Shown here: positions 39,261 to 51,621 of the stretch, piece by piece
Layout: every line of letters starts with the position of its first letter
How positions within the stretch are numbered: the stretch's first letter is position 1
From: Octopus vulgaris
Lineage: Eukaryota
Length of the DNA: 64,000 bases
Direction: 5' to 3'
Assembly: GCA_951406725.2 (NCBI GenBank)
Contig: OX597835.1
Coordinates: 8,060,001-8,124,000 of the forward strand
Notes under the pieces: model-generated
Database searches by the model: none
The model's input: only the letters and a program-made list of their open reading frames with translations
Told to the model about the DNA's origin: nothing
Position numbers and translations under genes: made by a program

Positions 39261-39458
39261 TTAAAATAAACGCGCCTTTTTAAAGCTTAGCCAGGTTCAT
39301 GAGGGCCGGTTCCCCGGTTTCAATTGCGTATGTGTTCCCCAGCTACCTATCATTTCATCTGCCTTTACACCCATATCTTTCGCAGTATATTGCTGCATGT
39401 CTTCATCGCTTTTTATCAAATACCCGGCAAGCGTTCTCCTTTCACTCCTTATACAATA

Positions 39459-39514
<56 letters not shown>

Positions 39515-40069
39515 GAGTGAGAGAGCAGTGCATGCCATCAAAGTGACACTGGGGTAAAATATACGAAGCCCAATATACCCATCATGACTACCCGTCACAT
39601 AAGGGTACACTAAGCACGTGCATCACATTAATATGTGCTCGACATGGTGATCTCATATCAAGATAAACAGCACATGATCTTGTAGGTGGGGCCCAGTTAG
39701 AATTTTCTTCTGGTCGAGTAACCCATCCTGCTCAAAAGGTCCCTGAGTAAGGGTTGTTTAAGGATGTTGAACGAAACACCCATGTTTCCGGAGGTGAATT
39801 ATTCAAACCGCAAAGAAACCCTCTCAACACATGACTATGATGCTCCCCCACTACTTCACCTAGTGATCAGAGATGCACATATTGTCAGCCACCAAGGGAC
39901 ATGGTCAACTGGTTAAGGTCAAACAACTGACAAGCAAATCTGTGGTATTGAGTAGAATATTTGCTGTAGCCCATCTTTTATACCAAGACAAAACAATGTA
40001 CATAATAACACTTCCAATCAGTTAAGATCAGAAGCGATGAGAGCCACTGCCTGGTACTGCATCGGGGCA
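39515..40069. mobile_element. unclassified 555-bp non-coding insertion in (ATT)n
   Basis: Sharply bounded, higher-GC block with pure (ATT)n on both sides; no ORF, no TIR, no tRNA boxes seen. Confidence 0.6.
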
Positions 40070-40315
<246 letters not shown>

Positions 40316-40761
40316 TAGACTCTGTTCTATCCAATTTAGTTCTTCGACAGAAAAGTTTACGACTGGAAATTTTATAATATTGTCTTGTTTCCTTCAACGG
40401 AGACACCAAACTTCACCGATCGCTTAAAACTATTTGTTAGATGTCTTCACTGAATAAAACAATTCCATTTACGTATCGCAGTTGTTATGGGATTTCTTGC
40501 TATTGTCCAGCAACAATTTGCTTGCTTCAGGTGTATGTTTTTTTTTTTTTATATCTGCGTGTCTGTGTGATTGCCTGGTTGTGTCTGTGTGATATCGTGG
40601 TTGTATATGTATGTATAGGTATTATGATATGTGTGTGTGTGTGTGTATGTGTGTGCGCACGCATGTGTGTATGCTCAAACCAGTTTGAAGGTGAAGCTTT
40701 ATATCGCATTGCAACGGTTTCTCTTCCTCTTCTCAAATCATTTTTTAATATCTTTCATCAT

Positions 40762-40792
<31 letters not shown>

Positions 40793-40798
<6 letters not shown>

Positions 40799-41077
40799 CA
40801 ATTAATTTGGAGTAATCATTAATTTCACAAAGTAGATTTCGGCATGTAAAAGCCCCATTCGAGGAAGGTTTAAGTAATACTAAGTAATTAAGGGTTTAGC
40901 AACGATTTGCCTCACCACACACCGAATTTAGAAATAGCAGTCAAAGTGTTATGGCTATTCTTTCTACTTAAAAGGAGATCTCTCTTTTAAGTAGAAAGAA
41001 TAGCCATAACTCTTTGACTGCTATTTCTAAATTCGGTGTGTGGTGAGGCAAATCGTTGCTAAACCCTTAATTACTTA

Positions 41078-41081
<4 letters not shown>
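40793..41081. mobile_element. (TA)n-flanked fold-back element: 98-bp arms, 9-bp loop
   Basis: 40877-40974 vs 40984-41081, one mismatch seen. Related single arm at ~57195-57262. Confidence 0.8.
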
Positions 41082-41120
<39 letters not shown>

Positions 41121-41642
41121 GGGTAATAAGAAATTATTATTACCAGTGGCCTAGCACAAAAACGAATTAGTCATTAGACTATATATTATTCACATAGAAA
41201 TACAATAAGAGGCTTATTGGGAAATAACTGAGATGGTAAACGTTTTTAATTTTCATTCATTTCGAAAATTTATCCTTATTTCGTGGTTTTGAATTTTCTA
41301 CTGCTCTTTCTAGCACAAGGCTTTCCTATTTGGAAGCCTCTTATTGTATTTATATATATATTACATATAAAATACACATATATATATGGAAGGATGTTTG
41401 CATATATGACTGCTAAAATATGCATTTATAACTATAAATGCTTTGAATATTTCTGGAACCAAAACCCCGTAAATTATAAAAACAGAATAGGTTGATGGTT
41501 TGTAATTTCACCTGGTATTTCAAAATATCAGGTTAGAACATTTTCTTTTTTCATGAAATTTACGAAGAAAAATTGTCGATATGTAATATCGCTGCTCTGT
41601 AGTGGCCCCGCCAACGCCGTCCATTGATTCACTGCATATCAC

Positions 41643-41680
<38 letters not shown>

Positions 41681-41895
41681 AGTTAATCCAAACATGAAAA
41701 CACAAAGAGAAAACACAACAACGCGAGGACGTGGTACAAATATAGTATTATTGGACGCTCAGGAAGGAAGGGAAGAAGGAGGGTTTAACGTTTCGAGTGG
41801 AGCTCTTCGTCGGAAACATAGGAGAAGGAAAGATCCAGAGAAAGGAAGACAGAGGAAAAGAAATCGCCAACGGTACACACGCGGTCACATTTTGA
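41681..41895 (-). mobile_element. (TA)n-flanked Penelope-like terminus, family H1; hammerhead core at 41783-41817
   Basis: Minus strand gttt-CCGACGA-a-gag-ctcca-ctc-GAAACGTT-aaac. Confidence 0.72.
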
Positions 41896-41918
41896 ATATA
41901 TATATATTCACATTTCGA

Positions 41919-41952
<34 letters not shown>

Positions 41953-42233
41953 GTATATACTCCACTCAGACTTCGTGATTCTCTCAAATTCCACAAAACA
42001 GGTGACCATGCGGGAAGTGACTGTAGAGTGGAAGCTACACATAAAAGGAAGCTCGTGAGATGAAGCTTGCCAAAACTTTAATTTCTTAATATATTTCCAT
42101 TTTCAAATTATCGAAAAGTACGAAAGAAGCAATTGAATACGCTAAAATTGTTATACACACACACACACACAGGCAAACGCGCGCACTCACACATATATAC
42201 ATACACATATACATATATATGTACATACATGCT

Positions 42234-42276
<43 letters not shown>

Positions 42277-42348
42277 ATTAAAAATCATACATGCATATGT
42301 ATGTGTACAGGCATGACTATCACTTTCTCGTCCCTCTTTCTCTCTCTC

Positions 42349-42353
<5 letters not shown>

Positions 42354-42444
<91 letters not shown>

Positions 42445-42445
42445 T

Positions 42446-42539
<94 letters not shown>

Positions 42540-42541
42540 TA
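42354..42541. repeat. (TA)n microsatellite
   Basis: Direct reading. Confidence 0.98.
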
Positions 42542-43197
42542 AAAACACACACACACACCTATATATAAATTTGTACACAAGTTCTCATATATGATATAAA
42601 TGGATTAATAATTTAATCGCTTCTGATGTTAAGGGAACCATTTTCTTTTTTCTTTCTTTTTCAGAATGCTGGATTGTTAATCCTTCTTATCGACTTAGGG
42701 TTAACTGATCTCGTTTCGCTTTTAATAATATCGAAATGATAAATTGATTTTTCGAATTTACTTTTTAATCTTTTCCTCTAAGCTTTCTTCTTTCGTATCA
42801 GTTAAGAATGGGAAGACAATAGCCAAACCCCCACCCACCAAACGTCCTCAACATGTAACAACCCGGGCCATAACACCCACTCTCTCCACACTCTCCATAA
42901 TATCGTTGGTCGACCTGTTTAATCTTTTCAACAGAATCATGTTTTTGTTTCTTTAATCTTACTTTACAGTAGAAATGTTTAGCTTCAGTGAAACAGACAT
43001 GAAAGGCAACCGTAATCAAATCGTTTTTGCAATAATTACCGAACACTGAAACACTCTCCATGTTTACACAATGAACAGACAAGTCATCAGTTATCTCTCT
43101 TGTTATCACTCTCTCCATCTTTCTAAAGTGCGCGCGGACACACACACATAAACGCGCGTGCATATATATATATGTGCGTATATGTATATATTTATAT

Positions 43198-43247
<50 letters not shown>

Positions 43248-43269
43248 TGTATGTATGCATATATGCATG

Positions 43270-43305
<36 letters not shown>

Positions 43306-43306
<1 letters not shown>

Positions 43307-43552
43307 TGACGTATATTTGCCATTTAAATATGGCTAACCTCTAAGGGTGGATGCTACTGTAGTTTGTAGCCCCAGGAGGACACCTCCAGCTGGCTTTAGA
43401 CACACTTTCTAAAGCCAGCTGGAGGAGGTGTCCTCCTGGTGTTACAAACTATTGTAGCATCCACCCTTAGAGGTTAGCCATATTTAAATGGCAAATATAC
43501 GTCACAATGTGTTGCAGCTACTGTTTATAACTAGCTCTAAGATTTATTAGTG

Positions 43553-43555
<3 letters not shown>
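43306..43555. mobile_element. (TA)n-flanked fold-back element: ~95-bp arms, 7-bp loop
   Basis: 43306-43400 vs 43408-43505, then a ~50-bp unique extension to (TA)n. Confidence 0.8.
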
Positions 43556-43603
<48 letters not shown>

Positions 43604-44507
43604 ACACTCACTAATAGATGTTTATGAACATATGTGTGTGTGCGTGTGTATGTGTACTGTTGTGCTCTTGGTTGAATTGATGAGAGAATTACTTGTGAAC
43701 ACATGTAAAAGATTTTATTCATTGCCTTGAAGTTTTACTTCACACTGTTGCCACTTTGAATTTCTATCAACTTCACGCTCTAAAGAACTTACCAGCATAC
43801 AAGAGCATACAAGCATAAAAGATCACATCAAATACATCAAGACAGAACCAGAAATTTGCCGTACATCCTACAAGGAACCACACATATTATGTAACGCTTA
43901 GTCATCCTAATCACAAAAAAACTTCCCATAATTTTATCATCAGTTCTCTTATAACATGTTCTAATCTACCACTCTAAATCTCATCGATTTCCACTCACGG
44001 TCCTAAATAGATAAAAGGGGACCCTCATAAAGTAATTCCCAAACTAGAACGTACAGCCTTAGAAACCAGCTAAATTTTTGCATCGGCGATAATGAAGCAT
44101 CAAACACAGTAAATATCACTAACATCGCCATCCAGTCTTCAGATACACAATGCATTCGCTGAACATCAAAGTATTTCAATGTCCGCCTTAACCATCACTT
44201 ATACCTTCTTGAAATCAATTTGCAGCAGATATGTCACAAACTTCTCTAATTATATCTGACATTCGAAAGACTTCTATATTCCCAATTCCATCACATGGAA
44301 TAAGAGAAGGAATCCTTACACTCAATGCACGAAATTCTGTTTTAGAAACATTCCTGATAACACAAAATATTCTTTAAACCACCGAGTCTATTTTATTCTG
44401 CAGACACAGAAAATTCCGTCTCCAGAAATATCAGATACATCACTAAAGCACAATTCTGAAAGCACAATCAACCACTTCAAGCGACTATATGAGTCCAAGA
44501 TCATACC

Positions 44508-44741
44508 TATTTATTTATTACCCACAAGGGGGCTAAATATAGAGACGACAAACAAGGACAGACATAGGTATTAAGTCGATTACATCGACCCCAGTGCGTA
44601 ACTGGTACTTAATTAATCGACCCCGAAAGGATGAAAGGAAAAGTCGACCTCGGCGGAATTTGAACTCAGAACGTAACGGCAGAGGAAATACCGCTCAGCA
44701 TTTCGTCCGGCGCGCTAACGTTTCTGCCAGCTCGCCGGCTT
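44508..44741 (-). mobile_element. SINE family A, tail type 2
   Basis: 16-bp TSD agtc(c/g)aagatcatacc at 44492-44507 and 44742-44757. Confidence 0.93.
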
Positions 44742-44920
44742 AGTCGAAGATCATACCACAGCCCAATGACCGCCCATGGAGTTATCCACTAATGCCTGTC
44801 CAACTATGTGTGTAAAAATACCGATGTATATGTATTGCTTTCGTCAAATGTATATGGAAGTATTTACATGCACTCCCACATGCTTTTCTCCTGCTTACAT
44901 ATATCAATTGCATGTTTCGT

Positions 44921-46256
44921 GGCTACTCAACTCGGATTACATGTCTACGTTTATGCATAGAATTGTTAGGGTACTAGGATTTGTAACAAACTGTCGAATC
45001 ACCACTCCTGGGAGAGATTTGACTTCTCGAAACCAGAAAGGACAAAGCTACTTAGAAACTAACGGTTATAAATCAGCAATGGAACTGTCAAATTTAGTAA
45101 AACTATCGGAAAAAATTATTGCATATAAAGTATGCATGCAAATCTATATGCATGAGTAAATAAGCATAAGGCAAACTATAGAAATCTGTAGATGCACCGA
45201 CTCAACTATTGCATATATATACATAAACATGCACAAATGCCTTGATGATATTTTTTATATTCCGGTAAAGCAGTCTTGGATCTAAGTTAGCAAGAAAAAT
45301 ATATATACACACTCACGTACACGCACACGCACACACATACACATGCACGCACACAAACACTCACACACAATGTAAGACCAATATCATGTAACAATGTAAG
45401 AGCAATATCATACGCTTGACTTGTCCACTTTTTATCGCGTGGATCAATGTGATGAAGGTTTAACGATGGCTCAGTTTCAAAGAATATTCTACATAAACCC
45501 AGAATCTGGTAAAGGAAGAGGAGGATTTTAATCTTGTCCATCATTTTTACAATTATGTGTTTCTTTATTACCCACAAGGGGCTAAACATAGAGGGGACAA
45601 ACAAGGACAGACAAACGGATTAAGTCGATTACATCGACCCCAGTGCGTAACGGGTACTTAATTTATCGACCCCGAAACGATGAAAGACAATGTCGACCTC
45701 GGCGGAATTTGAATTCAGAACGTCACGGCGGACGAAATACAATCACGCATTTCGCCAGGCGTGCTAACGGTTCTGCCAGCTCGCCGCCCTTTTAATGTAA
45801 TTCTAACAATAATACTCATCGTATTCCGTATTTTACTGGTTCTCCTTTCTTAACGGCTGAAATGATATTCAGGTTGTGTATATTTTGTTATATAAGTATA
45901 TATATATATACATATAATTGCTTTCATCTCATGATAAGGTTTGTTGCAAAGTGTAAGTAAACACAACACAGGTTCAACGGTGTGTGAAAGGGGCATGCTC
46001 TAGTTGGTAGATATTTCTATCAAAAGATATAAACGATACATTAAGGGTTTTTTAAACTAGTTTAGACTCAGTGAAACGATGAAAAAATTTATGTGAAGAA
46101 TAAAAGGTTTTAGTAAAGAAATGTCATAACATGTGCTTCCCTCTGTGTTTGTGTGTGTTGAATTGTTTCGAATGAATGCTATAGGGGCAATGGTCTATTG
46201 AAGCGTAAGACACAATTCATGATCTGAGTTTCAATAAACTATAACTACACGTATAC

Positions 46257-46303
<47 letters not shown>

Positions 46304-46766
46304 ACACATGCTTACACAAAACACACTCACACACACATGCTTACACACACATATGCATGCCAATGACGTGAATTCTTTTACGGTTGATGTCGACTTACCA
46401 GTTTAGAGTCCAGATACGATGGTTTGCCGAGGCGTCTGTACAATGAGTCAGGTTGCAGCATCAGGCAATGAAATTGAAACGAACTGCCACAGACAACGAA
46501 CTGGTCCCTATTGGTCCCTTCTTAGACATCTTCTTGGCAATTCTCCATTTTGGCCAATTGAAATTTTATTTCCAACATTTTGCTCCGTCTTTGGGGTGTC
46601 GAGATAGAAGTTAGTCTTGTTCTGTTTGGGATCTCCTCTTTGATTTTATCTCATTTTGATTCTGTCAAAACTGATACCACTTGTTAAAATATATTTTAAT
46701 TAAAAAGACATTTTATTAAAAACTATCGCCTTTAATTATGCTTGAACATCACCTTTGCTCAGAACC
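44921..46766 (+). repeat. tandem segmental duplication, copy 1
   Basis: Collinear with 47036-48608 from ggctactcaactc to cttgaacatca..gctca.aacc. Confidence 0.92.
45561..45790 (-). mobile_element. SINE family A (tail type 2), present only in duplication copy 1
   Basis: The equivalent site at ~47690 is empty. Confidence 0.93.
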
Positions 46767-46769
46767 CAC

Positions 46770-47225
46770 AGATATCTCACCCTGAATAAGCCTCAGGCCA
46801 AAGAACTAAGAACCTAAAGTAGAAGCCATAGCCACTCATAATATGAAAGCGTACATGTGGAATGTCTCAGTGAAAACCCATATAAAATGTAAACATAACA
46901 GACCAGACTTAGTGATTGGGACATAGAAGAGAAACTAAATATAGTAGTGGAAATCTGTACCCTTGCGGATATCAGTATAAGATAGAGATCAGTGAAAAAT
47001 ATAAAAGGCCTGAATTGAAGTACTGAGAAATTAATGGCTACTCAACTCTGATGACACGTCTACGTTAATGCATAGAATTATTAGGGTACTAGGATTTGTA
47101 ACAAACTATTGAATCACCATTCCTGAGAGAGGTTAGACTTCCCGAAACCAGAAGGGACAAAGCTACTTAGAACTTCACGGTTATAAGTCATCAATGGAAC
47201 TGTCAAATTTAGTAAAACTATCGGA
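46770..47225 (+). mobile_element. R4/Dong/NeSL-type LINE endonuclease 3' remnant
   Basis: WNVSVKTHIKCKHNRPDLVI..EEKLNIVVEICTLADISI..IIRVLGFVT..GTVKFSKT (PD..E catalytic motif). Confidence 0.75.
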
Positions 47226-48608
47226 AAAAATTATTGCATTTAAGTATGCATGCAACTCTATATGCATGAGAAAATAATCATAAAGAAAACTATAGAAATC
47301 TGTAGATGCACCGACTCAACTATTGCATATATATATATATATACACAAACAGGCACAAATACGTTGATGATGTTTTTAAAATTCCGGTGAAGCAGTCTTG
47401 GATCTAAGTTAGTAACAGCTCTTTCCCTATTAGCAAGATATATATATATACACACACGCACGTGCACATACATGCAAACACATACACATTCGCGCACACA
47501 CACACTCACACACACTCACACACAATGTAAGACCAATATCACACGCTTGACTTGTACAATTTTTTAGCACGTGGATCAAAGTGATGAAGGTTTAACGATG
47601 ACTCAGTTTCAAAGAATATTCTACATAAACCCAGAATCTGGTAAAGGAAGAGGAGGATTTTAATCTTGTCCATCATTTCTACAATTATGTTTTATGTCAT
47701 TCTAGCAATAATACTCATCGTATTTCGTATTTTACTGGTTCCCTTTCTTAACGGCCGAAATGATAGTCAGGTTGTGTATATTTTGTTATATAAGTATATA
47801 TATAATTGATTTCATTTCATGATCCGGTTTGTTGCAAAGTATATGTAAGCTCAACAGGTTCAACGGTGTGTGGAAGAGGCATGCTCTAGTTGGTAGATGT
47901 TTCTATCAAAGGATATAAGCGATATATTGACAATAGCCGGTGGACTTTTAACTAGTTTAGACTCAGTGAAACGATAAACGAATTTGTCTGAAGGATAAAA
48001 GGTTTTAGTGAAGAAATGTCATAACATGTGCTTCCCTCTGTGTGTGTGTGTGTGTGTTAAATCGTTTCGAATGAATGCTATAGGGGCAATGGTCTATTGA
48101 AGCGTAAGACTCAATTCATGACCCGAATATAAATAAACTATACCTACACCTATACACAGCACCCCCCACCACACACACACATACACACACGTATACATGC
48201 CAATGACGTGAATTCGTTTACGGTTGATTTCGACTTGCCAGTTTGGAGTCCAGATACGATGGTTTGCCGAGGCGTCTGGACAATGAGTCAGGTTGCAGCA
48301 TCAGGGAATAAAATTGAAACGAACTGCCGCAGACAACGAACTGGTCCCTAGTGGTCACTTCTTAGAAATCTTCTTGGCAATTCTCCTTTTTCGCCTGTTG
48401 AAATTTTATTTCCACCATTTTGCTCCGTCGTTGGGGTGTCGAGATAGAAGTTAGTCCTTTTCTGTTTGGTATCTCCTCCTTGATTTTATCTCATTTTGAT
48501 TCTATCAAAAAAGGATACCACTTGTTAAAATATATTTTAATTAAAAAGACATTTTATAAAAAACTATCACCTTTAATTATGCTTGAACATCATCTTCGCT
48601 CACAACCG
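47036..48608 (+). repeat. tandem segmental duplication, copy 2
   Basis: Collinear with 44921-46766. Confidence 0.92.
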
Positions 48609-49347
48609 ACAAATTTCTCCCCTCTCTGCCTTTCAGGGACTCAATGGTTGCCTGACTCTCTCTCTTCCTCTCTAGTTACCATGTTTCCATTGAGATCACT
48701 TCTATTTATTTTTTCTACTTCTATCATTAAACTCATTTTCACTTCCACTCTTTCTCAATTCTCACTCCCACTCACAAAACAATCAAACTCCCATCAAACG
48801 ATCACAAGTAATCAATATATATTCACGGTTCATAATTGTACAAAAATCGATGTTCGATATTTATTTCGATATTTATTTTCCTTTTATAAAATAATTTCTC
48901 AGTTTATTCAAATTACTCTTTCTTTGAATTAAAACATATTTCTGTAATAACTTCATTTCTTTTCAATGTGTTAAGATTCTAAATAACTTTCTAGTATCTT
49001 TCGATTCTTTAAAAATTTTGGAAGTTCCTTCATGACTAATTTTTCTTTCTTTCTTTTACAACTTTGGTAATGATTACCAAAAGGAACGCAAATGCCATTT
49101 GCTGGAGGGCGAACGCTACGAACTTATGTATCACCAGAAGCAGGTCGAGTCGTTGTGGTGGTCAAGATGAATTAAAAGCACGAACATTGAAAATGTTTCG
49201 GAGAAAAGCGAAGCTGCACTACTAAATGCGTAACGAGTGTTAAATTTACAATTTACATCGCTGTACATGTTTGCGAAGATAAAGTTTTAAAAAATAAAAA
49301 GAATTATCTGTAAACAAATAACAGTGTTGAGTGTTTTTATATATACA

Positions 49348-49613
49348 CTAGCAGTATCGCCCGGCGTTGCTCGGGTTTGTAAGGGAAATAACTATGGTTT
49401 GTGTTTCTGATTCTCGACCCCATGTCGAATTTATCGATTTTTTTCAGAACTGGGGGAACTTTTCAAAATTTTCGCTGCGTTAGTTTTGAATTATGACATT
49501 GGGCTATGTGTGTGTCAAGTTTCATCAGAATCGGTTGAAAGCCGTGGTCAGGGTGAGGGTACAAGCAAACAGACACACAGAAACACGCACAGACAAACTG
49601 CCGTTTATATATA
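49348..49613 (-). mobile_element. non-autonomous Helitron
   Basis: Minus-strand 3' end aaacccgagcaacgccgggcgatactgCTAG|T, shared with 20189-20580; different body. Confidence 0.8.
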
Positions 49614-49794
49614 CATTTTGCTGAACTTGTGTGTGTGTGTGTGTGTGTGTGTGTGCACATATATGTGTGCGCGTATATCTGTTTGTAGGGCGTGTACTAG
49701 ACTCTCCAGGTTTTGTTGTTGACAGTTTTTTTTCCTGTGCATCACATAAACATATATACTAATTATTTAAATAAATAAATATATATGTATATAT

Positions 49795-49933
49795 ATAAAA
49801 TTAATTAAGGGTAGAAATCAATATTTATCAATTAAAACCAGTGGTCTAGCATATTAAAAAAAAGGAATCCGAAGATTAAATATTTATATATACCAATTAA
49901 GGACTGAACACGAAAAGTGGACAGTCCTTAATT

Positions 49934-49943
<10 letters not shown>
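49795..49943. mobile_element. small (TA)n-flanked fold-back element, 22-bp arms
   Basis: tatatataccaattaaggactg (49885-49906) / cagtccttaattggtatatata (49922-49943). Confidence 0.6.
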
Positions 49944-49963
<20 letters not shown>

Positions 49964-49966
<3 letters not shown>

Positions 49967-50175
49967 TTACTACCCACAAGGGGCTAAACACAGGGGGGGG
50001 GGACAAACAAAGACAGACAAAGGGATTAAGTTGATTACATCGACCTGGTACTGCGAAACTGGTACTTTATTTATCGACCCCGAGAGGATGAAAGGCAAAA
50101 TCGACCTCGGTGAAATTTGAACTCAGAACGTAACGACAGACGAAATACCGCAAAGCATTTCGCCCGGGGCGCTAA
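49964..50175 (-). mobile_element. SINE family A, tail type 2, 5' clipped
   Basis: Match to family A. Confidence 0.9.
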
Positions 50176-50194
50176 AGTGTGTGTGTGTGTGTGT

Positions 50195-50233
<39 letters not shown>

Positions 50234-50752
50234 CATAAACACTGAGGGCTATGCAGCTATTGTGCTGTTTCTGACACAAATATAGTTTCTCAACTTTCAG
50301 TTAATGTTTTTGCCGCGCTAACCCGACTATCTGGTTTGGTTTTTCTCCATTTATGGGGAGGCGTCAACCCATTTCAATAGAGAAAACAGAGCTCACTCTT
50401 TCTCGTGAAGTTTATTTTGAAATAAGAGAAATAAATTAAAAATGAAAACTAGTTCTCTCTCTTTCTACAACAATAGATGTTTATAATAAAGTTGGCAGCT
50501 TTGTTGGCGACATACAAAATATATTTCCTTAACATTTATCCTGGACATAAGACAACAACCACACGGTTTCGAGTTCAGTGACACTGCGTGGCACTTTTAG
50601 CCAAGTGTCTTCTATTATAGCTCTGGGTTGATCAATATTTTGTGATTGGATAGAGGTGACTGAAAGAAGACCGTCGTTCATACATACGTACATACATACA
50701 TCTGAACATATGCATAGAGAGAGATAGATTGAGAGATAGACAGATAGGTGGA

Positions 50753-50907
50753 TGCAGTTCTATATTTAAGATATGAGGAATTATGTACATTATTGACATT
50801 ATTTACATTGTTTACATTTGACGGATATTTGTCCTCATCTTGTTTGTTGTTAATGCAACGTTTCGGCTGTTATACCCTCCAGCCTCCATTAGGTGTCTTG
50901 GGGAAAT
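50753..50907 (-). mobile_element. Penelope-like terminus with degenerate hammerhead core (50853-50896)
   Basis: Minus strand acac-CTAATGG-a-ggctg-loop-cagcc-GAAACGTT-gcat. Related sequence at ~14545-14612. Confidence 0.55.
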
Positions 50908-51216
50908 TTCAAAGGCCCACAGCTCTTCAATGACTTGCCACGAAAATCAAGAAATTTGCATAAGGTGAAAGTAGATGTCTTCAAAAAGGAACTAGACATC
51001 TTTCCCTTCACAATACCGGAAGAACCTACAGCCCGACATGAGGTGCAGACGAGGGCAGCGGAATCGAATTCCCTTATACACCAAATAGGGTAACAGCTGG
51101 GACAGAGGCATATACAGGAATGGTGATGTGAAGCACCCCAGACTGAGGAAATCAGAAAGATTACAGTGGTGCCCCAGCATGACTGCAGCCGCATAGCAGA
51201 AACGAACAAAAGAGTA
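50908..51216 (+). mobile_element. CR1-like LINE 3' end with 3' UTR
   Basis: FKGPQLFNDLPRKSRNLHKVKVDVFKKELD..IPEEP..RAAESNSLIHQ*. The tail resembles the SINE-C tail. Confidence 0.8.
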
Positions 51217-51218
51217 TA

Positions 51219-51621
51219 TGTGGTAAGTAGCTTGCTAACCAACCACATGGTTCCGGGTTCAGTCCTACTGCGTGGCATCCTGGGCAAGTGTCTTCTGCTA
51301 TAGCCCCGGGCCGACCAATGCCTTGTGAGTGGATTTGGTAGACGGAAACTGAAAGAAGCCCGTCGTATATATGTATATATATATATGCGTGTGTGTGTCT
51401 GTGTTTGTGTGTCTGTGTTTGTCCCCCTAGCATTGCTTGACAACCGATGCTGGTGTGTTTACGTCCCCGTCACTTAGCGGTTCGGCAAAAAGAGACCGAT
51501 AGAATAAGTACTGGGCTTACAAAAAGAATAAGTCCCGGGGTCGAGTTGCTCGACTAAAGGTGGTGCTCCAGCATGGCCGCAGTCAAATGACTGAAACAAG
51601 TAAAAGAGAAAGAGAAAGAGA
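51219..51621 (+). mobile_element. SINE family C, slightly 5' clipped
   Basis: Near-identical to 11069-11486. Confidence 0.94.

Noticed and set aside
40025-40069. Short similarities to U2 snRNA (atcgcttct on minus, cctggtactgca on plus)
   Set aside because: The matches are 9-12 nt, on opposite strands, with no Sm site or branch-point pairing region; likely chance.
43770-44490. Strand-biased (A/C-rich) block resembling a decayed LINE ORF
   Set aside because: No diagnostic motif could be read, so it cannot be classified without a search.
48420-48932. 170-aa ORF
   Set aside because: TTG start, T-rich low complexity, and it spans the duplication boundary; the paralogous copy at ~46580 has an in-frame disruption.
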